Shown here one piece after another: positions 1-7,388 of a stretch of DNA of 16,149 bases. The DNA comes from a virus (taxonomy: Duplodnaviria > Heunggongvirae > Uroviricota > Caudoviricetes), in IMG/VR virus record IMGVR_UViG_2541047852_000003; one strand, given 5' to 3'. The stretch's first letter is position 1, and each line of letters begins with the position of its first letter. The position numbers and the translations under genes are program-made. The notes below the pieces were generated by a model, which was not told the origin of the DNA, did not search any database, and saw only the letters and a list, made by a program, of their open reading frames with translations.

Positions 1-201
1 TTACCCATTGGCGCGGCTTAAGAGCTTATTTTTGAATTCACAATGGTCACGATATAACCATCTTGCTCGCCCGTGGATAACTTTGGCTTTTGGCAGGTCG
101 CCGGACTTAATCCGGTCATAGATGAAGGTTTTACCGAAGCCAGTATCGGCCATGATGAATTTCAAATCAACCAGTGAATCAGGTTGTAGTTCGTGTTGCA
201 T
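1..201 (-). CDS. xis: Excisionase-like small HTH DNA-binding protein (AlpA/Xis-type); int expected just left of window
   Basis: 66-aa ORF, ATG at 199-201 preceded by GGAG; HTH-like segment LKFIMADTGFGKTFIYDRIKSGDLP; last gene of the leftward early operon. Family call is from memory, not a search. Confidence 0.55.
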   Translation of the reverse strand: MQHELQPDSLVDLKFIMADTGFGKTFIYDRIKSGDLPKAKVIHGRARWLYRDHCEFKNKLLSRANG

Positions 202-246
202 GAGTGCTATCTCCGAATAGGGAATCGAACCTGCAAATCAGGCAAT

Positions 247-268
247 AAAAAACCGCCATCAGGCGGCT
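247..268 (-). terminator. Intrinsic terminator-like hairpin (CCGCC-ATCA-GGCGG) followed by U-run on minus strand
   Basis: Stem 253-257/262-266 with A6 on plus strand at 247-252 (U-run on minus transcript); overlaps stop of the 55-aa ORF. Confidence 0.45.
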
Positions 269-426
269 TGGTGTTCTTTCAGTTCTTCAATTCGAATATT
301 AGTTACGTCTGCATGTGCTATCTGCGCCCACAGCATCCAGTGGTCATAGCAGTCGTTGATGTTCTCTGCTTCGATAACTCTGTTGAATGGCTCTCCATTC
401 CATTCACCTGTGACTCGGAAGTGCAT
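259..426 (-). CDS. Hypothetical small protein (55 aa), MHFRVTGEWNGEPFNRVIEAENINDCYDHWMLWAQIAHADVTNIRIEELKEHQAA
   Basis: Own translation of reverse strand; ATG 424-426 with GGAG upstream; stop TGA inside the terminator hairpin loop. Not in the ORF track (below 60 aa). Confidence 0.4.
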   Translation of the reverse strand: MHFRVTGEWNGEPFNRVIEAENINDCYDHWMLWAQIAHADVTNIRIEELKEHQAA

Positions 427-498
427 TTATCATCTCCATAAAACAAAACCCGCCGTAGCGAGTTCAGATAAAAGAAATCCCCGCGAGTGCGAGGATTA

Positions 499-783
499 TC
501 ATTCATTGTCGATATTCACCTTTATAGCGAACACCTTTACCGGTTTATCGCCGAAGTGCGGATGTGTGATTGTCTTGATTTCATATCCGTCATACGGGAC
601 GTCAATTCTGCGGCTGGAATCGTCGCGCTTCGGATATCCCTTTGTGATAATCAGGCGGTCATACTCGCGGAACATAATTCGCTTATTCCAGTAGTCATTA
701 CACAGGCGATACTCTTCCGTTTTCTCTCCGCGAATCATGGCATCGAAGTATTCACCTTTAACGGCAAGTTGCAGGTTAGCCAC
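499..783 (-). CDS. Hypothetical phage protein, possibly ASCH/DUF3850-like
   Basis: 94-aa ORF with AGGAGG upstream of ATG; N-terminal pattern LQLAVKGEYFDAMIRGEKTEEYRLCNDYW resembles ASCH-like fold proteins (by eye). Confidence 0.45.
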   Translation of the reverse strand: MANLQLAVKGEYFDAMIRGEKTEEYRLCNDYWNKRIMFREYDRLIITKGYPKRDDSSRRIDVPYDGYEIKTITHPHFGDKPVKVFAIKVNIDNE

Positions 784-1063
784 GACCTTCCTCCTTTGGC
801 TTGTGAATTTGTATCGTCATGCCGCTTTGAGTGGTGACTACAACGACAAAACCAGGCTGAAGACTGTTAAGATTGAATGCTTCGTAAAACGAAGCCAAGG
901 CCAGCGCTTTTTTATTCTTTCGGTTCCACCAACGCCATCCATTGCTACAGGCTACACTGACAATCCACTGTCCACTCCTGTAAGCCATATAAAACCAGAT
1001 GAGCAAAACCTGAATGAATGCTATCCAGTCAATAATCGTATATTTCGCGAAGGAGACCATCAA
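776..1063 (-). CDS. Hypothetical protein with one predicted N-terminal TM helix
   Basis: 95-aa ORF; start overlaps stop of upstream gene (ATGA coupling); hydrophobic stretch IIDWIAFIQVLLIWFYMAY. Confidence 0.4.
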   Translation of the reverse strand: MMVSFAKYTIIDWIAFIQVLLIWFYMAYRSGQWIVSVACSNGWRWWNRKNKKALALASFYEAFNLNSLQPGFVVVVTTQSGMTIQIHKPKEEGRG

Positions 1064-1632
1064 TTAACCTCCTGCGGCGGTTCCGGTAGAGGCATCCAGT
1101 ACAAGGCGTTCCCTAACCACGATAAAGTGCCGTCGCTCAACTCCACGTATTCCCCTTGTACCTGTCCTGCCATATACTCGCCGTGCTTTGAATAAATTAA
1201 AATCCAATCATCTTGAGCGGGCATTCGCTCACTACAGCTTATCCAACCATCCGGAGTTACCGGATAGTTGCCCGACAGCTCGTTCAACTTGTAAGTTTGG
1301 CTTACAGGTTCGGCTTCCAGTTCTGCAATGCGCTTCTCTGCAGCTTCCAGCTCAACGCGCAGCTTCCCTACCGTTAGCGCAATTTCCTCGTTCTCCTGGT
1401 CGCGGCGTTTGATGTATTGCTGGTTTCTTTCCCGTTCATCCAGCAGCGCCAGCACGGTTTCTGGTCCGGTCAGAAATTTGAAGGCGTTGAGCGCATCAAT
1501 ATCCACACCGTAATCCTTAAGTTCCTGTTCACTTAACAAATCATCATCAACTGGCAACATTAACAGGCGTTCCATTGCCGGAATTGCACGTTCTGCCGCC
1601 TCACGCAGTGCCTGATAGTTAATTTTGGTCAT
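1060..1632 (-). CDS. Ead/Ea22-like early protein with DUF551-like C-terminus (WMPLPEPP)
   Basis: 190-aa ORF, coiled-coil-like middle (LRVELEAAEKRIAELEAE), C-terminal PDGW...WMPLPEPP motif typical of lambdoid early-region proteins. Confidence 0.5.
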   Translation of the reverse strand: MTKINYQALREAAERAIPAMERLLMLPVDDDLLSEQELKDYGVDIDALNAFKFLTGPETVLALLDERERNQQYIKRRDQENEEIALTVGKLRVELEAAEKRIAELEAEPVSQTYKLNELSGNYPVTPDGWISCSERMPAQDDWILIYSKHGEYMAGQVQGEYVELSDGTLSWLGNALYWMPLPEPPQEVN

Positions 1633-1633
1633 A

Positions 1634-1933
1634 TCACATCCCCCTGAAGCCGTTGCATTTACGTAAAAAATCGCAGATATAGCCCTTCATTTTTTCGTGC
1701 CAATCTCGATCATTCCCATTGCACCAACCATCAGGTGGAGTCCAGTTTTCTATCAGAGCAGCCATTTTCTTTGCTTTCGCCGGAGTAGCTGTTGCGGTAT
1801 CGCAGTAATGACGAGTGTCAACCAACGTATCCATACCATCGATATCAAGTACGCAAAACCATGTGTGATTCGGCATTTCAACAGATGGTATTTGTTGCCC
1901 ACGTCGACGTTTATCAATAAGACATACAGTCAC
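1634..1933 (-). CDS. Hypothetical early protein (99 aa)
   Basis: GTG start overlapping upstream stop (GTGA) with AAGGAGG 6 nt upstream; tightly packed with neighbours. Confidence 0.4.
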   Translation of the reverse strand: MTVCLIDKRRRGQQIPSVEMPNHTWFCVLDIDGMDTLVDTRHYCDTATATPAKAKKMAALIENWTPPDGWCNGNDRDWHEKMKGYICDFLRKCNGFRGM

Positions 1934-2466
1934 TGGTTGCCTCCTTTGCGAAGCTGGGCAGCAAAGTCAACTAACCACTCAGTCATTTCAACCTTCCCTA
2001 CCAGGTCTGAACCAGGGTGCATACAGCAATCACTCTGCGCCGCTTTGAAATCCTTATACTCATATTCTTGGGCCACCAGATTTTTTGCAGCTTCTATAGC
2101 AGCATCCACCCCCTGCGCCCGCACTTCAGCCAGAAAAGCATCGGTGGCTGGGGTTTCAGTAACATCATCTTCCCATTCGCTAAACTCCTCACGACAAAAG
2201 TCATTAAATTCCTTCTCAGATTGCTTAAGTGAGGTATTTTCAGCAGCCATCTTCGCGCATTTAGCCTCAAGGTTATCAATCGTGATTCCAGCAGAACTAC
2301 ACTCCCGCAACGCCGTTTCCAGTTTTGATTCAAGTTCACCGAACTTACGGACAAGGTATTCAGCGTTTGTTTCGTTAACCTTTAAATCACTTGGGATGCA
2401 TTTACCTTTCAGAAAACCATCCATCTCAATTAGTGACATTTGTTTCATTTCTTCCCACTCCGCCAC
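1930..2466 (-). CDS. Hypothetical acidic coiled-coil early protein (Ea22-like?); alternative ATG start at 2446-2448 with GGAG upstream
   Basis: 178-aa ORF in track; internal ATG (MKQMSLIEM...) has the better SD, so the true start may be 2448. Confidence 0.45.
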   Translation of the reverse strand: MAEWEEMKQMSLIEMDGFLKGKCIPSDLKVNETNAEYLVRKFGELESKLETALRECSSAGITIDNLEAKCAKMAAENTSLKQSEKEFNDFCREEFSEWEDDVTETPATDAFLAEVRAQGVDAAIEAAKNLVAQEYEYKDFKAAQSDCCMHPGSDLVGKVEMTEWLVDFAAQLRKGGNQ

Positions 2467-2542
2467 ATCGCATTCAGATATTTGTTGTCATTAACAGAAC
2501 CGAAACTCTTTCTCTTAAGCAAGTCCTCTCATGGTAAATTCC

Positions 2543-2839
2543 TCAGTCATTACTGATAGCGCCATAGCGTGAGCGGTAATTACGCAGGCGCGGGTCGATA
2601 TATTCAGGGAAGTGGGTATATGTGGCTTTGCGGAATGGTCGGATTGATGTCTGGTAAATTCGCTCGCGTTCTTCTTTCTCTGCAAGCCATATACAGTGGC
2701 GAAATTCCTTTTCCTCTTTCGTTTCCTGCGGTAGAGACATTATTCGATCGTAGTTTTTTCTGAATTTATCCAGCACCTCCGATACGGAATTGCCGGAACA
2801 GCGGCGCGGGTCATCCGCACCATACAAAGGCGCTGGCAT
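2543..2839 (-). CDS. Hypothetical protein (98 aa)
   Basis: ORF with AAGGA upstream of ATG; no recognisable motif. Confidence 0.45.
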   Translation of the reverse strand: MPAPLYGADDPRRCSGNSVSEVLDKFRKNYDRIMSLPQETKEEKEFRHCIWLAEKEERERIYQTSIRPFRKATYTHFPEYIDPRLRNYRSRYGAISND

Positions 2840-2862
2840 AATTAAATCCTTATTTTTCTAAA

Positions 2863-3246
2863 TCAGAATGGGATGGAATCGTCGTATTCAGGATTATTTT
2901 GATGATTGCTACTTTGCTGCTGTTGGCTGTTTCCTGAAGTTGCAAATCCAATCTTTGCATTCAGTAATTCAAGAGTGATTGATTGACCATTTTGCCCCTG
3001 ATAAACATCAACCCTGATGTTTTCTCCGGTAATTTCTACAATGCCTCCTTCAACCAGAACGCTACGATAGTAATCCGCTTGCGCTCCCGGCTTGGCAAAT
3101 ACAACGGCGCTGTAGTTTGTCCATTCTTTCTTTTTTGTCTGGCGATCGTAATACTGAACGCCAGCACGGATGTTGAATCCGATATTTTCCCCGCCCTGAA
3201 ACTCTCTTGCGGGTTTGTTTAGTCTTACTGTAATCGAATGTGCCAT
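2863..3246 (-). CDS. ssb: Single-stranded DNA-binding protein (SSB)
   Basis: Start at internal ATG 3244-3246 (TAATG overlap with erf stop, AAGGGG SD); OB-fold-like N-terminus and acidic C-terminal tail ending DDSIPF, characteristic of SSB. Confidence 0.8.
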   Translation of the reverse strand: MAHSITVRLNKPAREFQGGENIGFNIRAGVQYYDRQTKKKEWTNYSAVVFAKPGAQADYYRSVLVEGGIVEITGENIRVDVYQGQNGQSITLELLNAKIGFATSGNSQQQQSSNHQNNPEYDDSIPF

Positions 3247-3851
3247 TAAGCAGTTGCCCCTTCTAATTCGTCTCGTCTGATGTTGTAAACGTCCTGCGCT
3301 TTGTGCTGCTCCGGCGTCCCTTCGAGCATCTTCCACGCTTTGGCGAACGCCTGTTTAAGCTCTTCTACGGTGTTTTTCTGCATTGCTGCGTCAGTGAATG
3401 CTTTTAGAACCTGTTCAGGTGTAAGTGATGGTTTTGATTGCTTTGCTGCTGCGTTCTGCTGATGTTTATGCTCGTCTGTATCTGCATCTTTCGCATCATC
3501 AATGCCGAACAAACCATTGAGGCAATACTTGCGTGCATAAGAGCTTGTAGCTCCCGTAACTTGTGCAGAATCCATTCCTTTCTTGCTTTCTTCCTCTCGT
3601 GCAAGAGCGGTTGCCGTATGACTGTTTTCGCCATCGGTAATAGTTGCCGTGGCTTTCACGTAATACCGATCACCAATCAACACAACTTCATCGCTGATTG
3701 ATAAAAACAGACCGTTCAGTAACGGCTTAACGCCTTCAAGAATATCTTCGCAGCTTCTGTATTTATATTTGCCGAATGAGTTGTACTGATTCTTTGGCGC
3801 GTTCAGATTCTCCTGAATAGCTGCCAGTCTTGCGTAAAATTCTTTGCTCAT
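3246..3851 (-). CDS. erf: ERF-family single-strand annealing recombinase
   Basis: 201 aa from ATG 3849-3851; N-terminus MSKEFYARLAAIQENLNAPKNQYNSFGKYKYRSCEDILEGVKPLL matches the ERF pattern; followed by SSB as in many lambdoid recombination modules. Confidence 0.65.
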   Translation of the reverse strand: MSKEFYARLAAIQENLNAPKNQYNSFGKYKYRSCEDILEGVKPLLNGLFLSISDEVVLIGDRYYVKATATITDGENSHTATALAREEESKKGMDSAQVTGATSSYARKYCLNGLFGIDDAKDADTDEHKHQQNAAAKQSKPSLTPEQVLKAFTDAAMQKNTVEELKQAFAKAWKMLEGTPEQHKAQDVYNIRRDELEGATA

Positions 3852-3952
3852 ATGATTGCTCTCAGAATGGACACGGCCCAAGGAAATAACGCTGATTTAA
3901 TACTTCGACTCGGGACAAATTAAGGCATACCCGCATTCCTTCGCGGTCACCA

Positions 3953-4111
3953 TTATGGCGATACCAGAGAGCTTTCTGCGTGTACATGCGTCTCTGTAAC
4001 TTGCTCTCCTTCACTGTGGTTGCAAGTGACATGAATATCTCCTTCGTTACCGATTAATTCTTTTATCTGACGAATGAATTCTTCGTCTGACCAGTTATCC
4101 GTAAAACTCAT
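3953..4111 (-). CDS. Small protein in kil position (52 aa), start overlapping cIII stop (ATGA)
   Basis: Positional analogy to lambda kil immediately downstream of cIII; no sequence-level recognition. Confidence 0.3.
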   Translation of the reverse strand: MSFTDNWSDEEFIRQIKELIGNEGDIHVTCNHSEGEQVTETHVHAESSLVSP

Positions 4112-4278
4112 GGACGGCCTTGTTGTTTCAAAATATCCCAAAGCTTTTCGAGCAAGCTTTTCATTCTTGGTTGTTTAAAGTCTGCTCCGGTTAAAATGTT
4201 TTTTCGTGAATGCTGTACCGATAAAATCGGGTTGAAAGGGCGAACCGATGCCGCCCCTGCAATAGCGAACTGTTGCAT
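4108..4278 (-). CDS. cIII: cIII-like protein (FtsH/HflB inhibitor)
   Basis: Start at internal ATG 4276-4278 with AAGGAG SD; MQQFAIAG N-terminus and KSLLEKLWDILKQQGRP resemble lambda CIII (MQYAIAG...ESLLERI...LIDILNQPGVP). Confidence 0.6.
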   Translation of the reverse strand: MQQFAIAGAASVRPFNPILSVQHSRKNILTGADFKQPRMKSLLEKLWDILKQQGRP

Positions 4279-4344
4279 AGGATGCTCCTTCTGTTTGATT
4301 GCATAACGAAAACGCCTCGAGTGAAGCGTTATTGGTATGCATAT

Positions 4345-4368
4345 AAAAAAGCCCTCACACTGGAGGGC
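4345..4368 (-). terminator. Intrinsic terminator (tL1-like): GCCCTC-loop-GAGGGC followed by U6 on minus transcript
   Basis: Hairpin 4351-4368 with A6 on plus strand 4345-4350; lies between the 156-aa gene and cIII. Confidence 0.55.
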
Positions 4369-4472
4369 AAAGAAGATTTCCAATAATCAGAACAAGTCGG
4401 CTCCTGTTTAGTTACGAGCGACATTGCTCCGTGTATTCACTCGTTGGAATGAATACACAGTGCTTATTCGTA

Positions 4473-4943
4473 CTAATAAAACACCCAGTTTTCTGTTTCT
4501 TGGTTGTGTCCAAAGTTATATTCAATACCTGGTGTTGATGTATCAATATTCTTCATCCCATCAACAAGAGTTGATACAACAGCCAAATCTTGTTTGATTC
4601 TCATCAAATGGTATTTCTTCCGGCGCAATAAACTTTCAATGGCAAGTTTCTTCGTCGGGAATGCAAAAGATCTTTCTGCATTTTTTGCTACTTTCTTAAT
4701 TGCATATCTATTTCTCCTTTGTTTCCATTCCTGTAACCACTGATTTGGTGCTGGTTTAAAATTAACAATCCAATGCGCAGGAACCAACCATGCATAATGC
4801 TCTGTCTGATGAAAAGCTATATATTGAAGTGCGAATATTTTGATTCCATCTTCTTCAACTGTCGCTTGGAATCTCCAGAAAACAGGCATTCCATCATGTT
4901 CAGTTTCTGATTCAGGAAAAGGTACGCTCCATGATTTTGTCAT
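4473..4943 (-). CDS. Hypothetical accessory protein (156 aa) directly downstream of N
   Basis: ORF with GAGGTG SD; occupies the ral/sieB position of lambda; no recognisable family. Confidence 0.5.
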   Translation of the reverse strand: MTKSWSVPFPESETEHDGMPVFWRFQATVEEDGIKIFALQYIAFHQTEHYAWLVPAHWIVNFKPAPNQWLQEWKQRRNRYAIKKVAKNAERSFAFPTKKLAIESLLRRKKYHLMRIKQDLAVVSTLVDGMKNIDTSTPGIEYNFGHNQETENWVFY

Positions 4944-4951
4944 ATATCACC

Positions 4952-5251
4952 TCAAATAAGTGGTTTGCTGCCTAATTTCATTTTCTGGCGACCAACACAA
5001 GTCACACCCATTTCACTGCGTGGCTTGCGGTAGTAAATACGATTCTGTTTACTCTCGACTTCATCTGCCTTCTTGCAGCGAAGGATTCCGAGTGATGCTG
5101 CTTTATCCGCTCTGACGCAACCAGAGAGCTTTAGCGCAATTTTTCGCGCCAGTCGCTGTTCTTGCATCGCCTGTTCACGTTGAGCCTGTCTGCGTGCTCT
5201 GCGGCGATTTCTGGCGTTATCGTCAGCCAGATATGTAATGACTACTGTCAT
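4952..5251 (-). CDS. N: N-like transcription antitermination protein
   Basis: Start at internal ATG 5249-5251 (GGAGG SD); arginine-rich motif DNARNRRRARRQAQREQ; C-terminus RIYYRKPRSEMGVTCVGRQKMKLGSKPLI matches lambda N C-terminus (RTWYSKPGERGITCSGRQKIKGKSIPLI). Confidence 0.8.
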   Translation of the reverse strand: MTVVITYLADDNARNRRRARRQAQREQAMQEQRLARKIALKLSGCVRADKAASLGILRCKKADEVESKQNRIYYRKPRSEMGVTCVGRQKMKLGSKPLI

Positions 5252-5563
5252 GTTGACCTCCGATGAAACAACTTTGGAATTGATAGTGATTGCAAAGTGG
5301 TTTCTGGCCCCTCGAACTGAGGGGCAGAAAGAGCATCTCGCCACCTAATAGGTCGATGCTCGGATCGAGAGATTTAATTAACCTCGGTTTTGAAGTTATG
5401 CATTCACATAAATCCTCCTACCTCTTGTGCAGCTTTCTTGAATATGGTGGCGGCTGCATAACGCCTATGGAATTGACTTTGGCGGTGACGCGCCGGGTGC
5501 TTATCTTCCGGTTGCCGTCGTGCAGCTGCACTTCACGTCACCCCAAAGCCAACTACTCTTTGG

Positions 5564-5605
5564 TTCCCGCATTTCGGCGGGACAATCCCATCAATGTTAA
5601 AGAGC
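5564..5605 (-). promoter_or_regulatory. nutL site: boxA (GCTCTTTAACA) and boxB hairpin (TCCCGC-CGAAAT-GCGGGA) on minus strand
   Basis: Reverse complement of 5595-5605 gives GCTCTTTAACA; 5564-5582 gives a boxB-like stem-loop identical in loop to the nutR copy at 6721-6740. Confidence 0.65.
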
Positions 5606-5651
5606 CTGCCAATCTGTTCCGTTTGGCTTCCAGCGTCCTGCTGATGGCTTA

Positions 5652-5730
5652 AATTTAAGATCTCTTTAATTAATGGTCAAGAGCATTTTTGAAGAAAACT
5701 TAAATTTTCTTTCGTAACTTAAGTTTGGCT
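5652..5730 (-). promoter_or_regulatory. pL promoter (-35 TTGACC at 5675-5680, -10 TAAATT at 5652-5657, minus strand) with overlapping TTAAG-type OL operator repeats
   Basis: 17-bp spacing; ATTTAAG-N4-CTTTAA-like operator overlapping -10; further TTAAG repeats at 5697-5729. Confidence 0.5.
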
Positions 5731-5743
5731 TTGATTTTTAAAG

Positions 5744-5772
5744 GAAATAAAAAAAAAGGGGCGAATGCCCCC
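5744..5772 (-). terminator. Intrinsic terminator immediately after c2 stop (GGGGC-GAAT-GCCCC followed by long U-run on minus transcript)
   Basis: Hairpin 5758-5771; A-run 5744-5757 on plus strand. Confidence 0.6.
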
Positions 5773-6423
5773 TTATGGAAGGTTTGCTAGTTTTGCATCG
5801 ACAACTACGCCGATGATTTTGCAGTTTCCGTTGATCTCGATCATCGGATATTGTGGGTTAAGTGGTTTTAGAAACTTCCTGCCTGCATCAATAACTAACT
5901 TCTTGAAAGTTGCCTCGTTTTCTCCTTCGAGCTTTGCAACTACCAGTTTCCCGTTACGCGGCTCTACTTCAGGATCGACGAGTATTATCATTCCTTCAGG
6001 GATACTGAGACCGGCCGGAGCCGTCATTGAGTCTCCCTTCACGTCCAACCAAAACGAATCTTCTGAACAGTCTACGGTTGTATCGTACCAGTTATCTATT
6101 GCACGCTTATGATATGGTTCTACAGCTTCCATCCAGCATCCTGCGCTCACCCAGCTAATCAGAGGGTATGACCCTCTTGGATCATGCCTACTGTGATAGG
6201 CAATGTTTGAAAGACTTTCCTCTCCTTTCATCAGATAGTCAGGGGAACACTTCAACGCATTAGCCAGGGCGAGAAGATTCTCTCCATTTGGCTCTGTCTC
6301 AGAGCGTTCCCACTGAGATATGGCAACATTAGACACGCCGACCATCTTTCCAAGTGCGGCCTGCCTGATCTTGAGTTCTTTTCTCCGAGCGCGAATGCGC
6401 TCTCCCATCAATTGAGTTTTCAT
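5773..6423 (-). CDS. c2: Prophage repressor, P22 c2-type (N-terminal HTH, C-terminal LexA/S24-like autocleavage domain)
   Basis: 216 aa; QAALGKMVGVSNVAISQWE HTH; C-terminal S24-like domain; near-identical to my recollection of P22 C2 (MNTQLMGERIRARRKKLKIRQAALGKMVG...). Confidence 0.85.
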   Translation of the reverse strand: MKTQLMGERIRARRKELKIRQAALGKMVGVSNVAISQWERSETEPNGENLLALANALKCSPDYLMKGEESLSNIAYHSRHDPRGSYPLISWVSAGCWMEAVEPYHKRAIDNWYDTTVDCSEDSFWLDVKGDSMTAPAGLSIPEGMIILVDPEVEPRNGKLVVAKLEGENEATFKKLVIDAGRKFLKPLNPQYPMIEINGNCKIIGVVVDAKLANLP

Positions 6424-6503
6424 AGTTAAGACATCTTAAATAAACTTGACTTAAGATTCCTTTAGTGGATAATTTAAGTGTTCTTTAATTTCGGAGCGAG
6501 TCT
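6424..6503. promoter_or_regulatory. OR region: three TTAAG-N4-CTT(T)AA operator-like imperfect palindromes (6426-6439, 6451-6465, 6473-6488), pR (-35 TTGACT 6446-6451, -10 GATAAT 6468-6473), divergent pRM presumed
   Basis: Operators and promoter hexamers read directly; arrangement matches P22/lambda-type OR. Confidence 0.65.
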
Positions 6504-6689
6504 ATGTACAAGAAAGATGTTATCGACCACTTCGGAACCCAGCGTGCTGTAGCTAAAGCGTTAGGCATTAGCGACGCAGCAGTCTCTCAGTGGAAGGAAG
6601 TCATCCCAGAGAAAGACGCCTATCGACTGGAAGTCGTTACAGCTGGCGCCCTGATGTATCAAGAAAGCGCTTACCGCAAAGCGGCATAA
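6504..6689 (+). CDS. cro: Cro repressor, P22-type
   Basis: 61 aa, HTH QRAVAKALGISDAAVSQW; GGAG SD; first gene of pR operon divergent from c2. Confidence 0.8.
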   Translation: MYKKDVIDHFGTQRAVAKALGISDAAVSQWKEVIPEKDAYRLEVVTAGALMYQESAYRKAA

Positions 6690-6695
6690 GCAAAT

Positions 6696-6740
6696 TGCTC
6701 TTTAACAGTCATGGTCCTCATTCCCGCCGAAATGCGGGAA
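6696..6740 (+). promoter_or_regulatory. nutR site: boxA (TGCTCTTTAACA 6696-6707) and boxB hairpin (TTCCCGC-CGAAAT-GCGGGAA 6721-6740)
   Basis: Read directly; same boxB as nutL; followed by hairpin GCGCAT-AAGTTG-ATGCGC at 6747-6764 (possible tR1-region structure). Confidence 0.65.
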
Positions 6741-6782
6741 TACAACGCGCATAAGTTGATGCGCATAACTTCTTATTTGTTA

Positions 6783-6820
6783 AGGAAATACTTACATATG
6801 GTTCGTGCAAACAAACGCAA
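6783..6820 (-). promoter_or_regulatory. pRE (cII-activated promoter) with TTGC-N6-TTGC CII-binding repeats (minus strand, 6807-6820)
   Basis: Reverse complement of 6807-6820 is TTGCGTTTGTTTGC; flanking sequence CATATGTAAGTATTTCC matches the lambda pRE region as I recall it. Confidence 0.6.
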
Positions 6821-7091
6821 CGAGGCTCTAAGAATCGAGAGTGCGTTGCTTAACAAAATCGCAATGCTTGGAACTGAGAAGACAGCGGAAGCTGTGGGCG
6901 TTGATAAGTCGCAGATCAGCAGGTGGAAGAGGGACTGGATTCCAAAGTTCTCAATGCTGCTTGCTGTTCTTGAATGGGGTGTTGTCGACGACGACATGGC
7001 TCGATTGGCACGACAAGTTGCTTCGATTCTCACCAATAAAAAACGCCCGGCGGCAACCGAGCGTTCTGATCAAATACAAATGGAATTTTAA
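6798..7091 (+). CDS. cII: Transcriptional activator CII (lambda-type)
   Basis: 97 aa starting MVRANKRNEALRIESALLNKIAMLGTEKTAEAVGVDKSQISRWKRDW..., essentially lambda CII; true ATG at 6798, not the upstream in-frame ATG of the track ORF. Confidence 0.9.
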   Translation: MVRANKRNEALRIESALLNKIAMLGTEKTAEAVGVDKSQISRWKRDWIPKFSMLLAVLEWGVVDDDMARLARQVASILTNKKRPAATERSDQIQMEF

Positions 7092-7102
7092 CAACATCCA
7101 AC
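7038..7102 (-). ncRNA. oop: OOP-like antisense RNA to cII 3' end (terminator 7038-7063; putative pO -10 TATAAT at 7109-7114)
   Basis: Minus-strand hairpin CGCUCGG-UUGCCG-CCGGGCG plus U6, same as lambda oop terminator; a perfect TATAAT on minus strand upstream; -35 is weak (TGGATT). Confidence 0.4.
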
Positions 7103-7113
7103 GAGGTAATTAT

Positions 7114-7386
7114 ATGCGAAACAAAGGCTTTAATCCACCTGATACACACAAAGAAGCTAAGCGTTTGCGCTTCCTTCGTTCCATTGATGAAAGAACTCAA
7201 ATCTCTTTTGTGAAAGTTGCCAGAACTGAGCTTCTGAAGGCTGAGGCGAGGGCGTTGCTCCCGTCTCTACCAAAAGAGGAGGGATATACGTTCATTCCAA
7301 ACGCATTTCTGGAAAAGCTTCTCAAAGAAGACATATCCGTAAGTCAGTTTAACGATGTTCTTAAGGTCTTTCGTCAAGGCAGGTAG
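7114..7386 (+). CDS. Hypothetical protein (90 aa) between cII and the replication initiator
   Basis: ATG 7114 with ACGAGGT SD; basic, helical-looking; no recognisable family. The track ORF extends upstream into cII and is rejected. Confidence 0.5.
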   Translation: MRNKGFNPPDTHKEAKRLRFLRSIDERTQISFVKVARTELLKAEARALLPSLPKEEGYTFIPNAFLEKLLKEDISVSQFNDVLKVFRQGR

Positions 7387-7388
7387 TT

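Noticed and set aside
318-506. Track ORF, 62 aa, minus strand
   Set aside because: No SD, and it overlaps the better-supported 55-aa ORF (259-426), which has GGAG and a terminator at its stop.
193-1195. Plus-strand track ORFs (193-441, 356-694, 487-837, 737-1195)
   Set aside because: Antisense to tightly packed, SD-supported minus-strand early genes; no SDs; likely spurious.
1697-2494. 265-aa plus-strand ORF
   Set aside because: Antisense to three translationally coupled minus-strand genes; Ser-rich, low-complexity translation; no SD.
3404-3701. ORFs overlapping erf in other frames (3404-3634 minus, 3438-3701 plus)
   Set aside because: Out-of-frame overlaps of a well-supported gene.
4431-4458. 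9-bp-stem hairpin (GTGTATTCA / TGAATACAC) after the 156-aa gene, as a terminator
   Set aside because: No U-run follows on the minus transcript; more likely an RNA stability or processing element, recorded only as a note.
5290-5652. 120-aa plus-strand ORF in the N leader/nutL region
   Set aside because: Region is regulatory (nutL, N leader); no SD; opposite to pL transcription.
5765-6112. 115-aa plus-strand ORF inside c2
   Set aside because: Antisense to the repressor gene; Ser/Thr-rich spurious translation.
6711-6797. Upstream in-frame extension of cII (MVLIPAEMREY...)
   Set aside because: The extension covers the nutR boxB hairpin; the real start is the lambda-type ATG at 6798.
6841-7113. 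Upstream part of track ORF 6841-7386, overlapping cII
   Set aside because: Out of frame with cII; the SD-supported start is ATG 7114.
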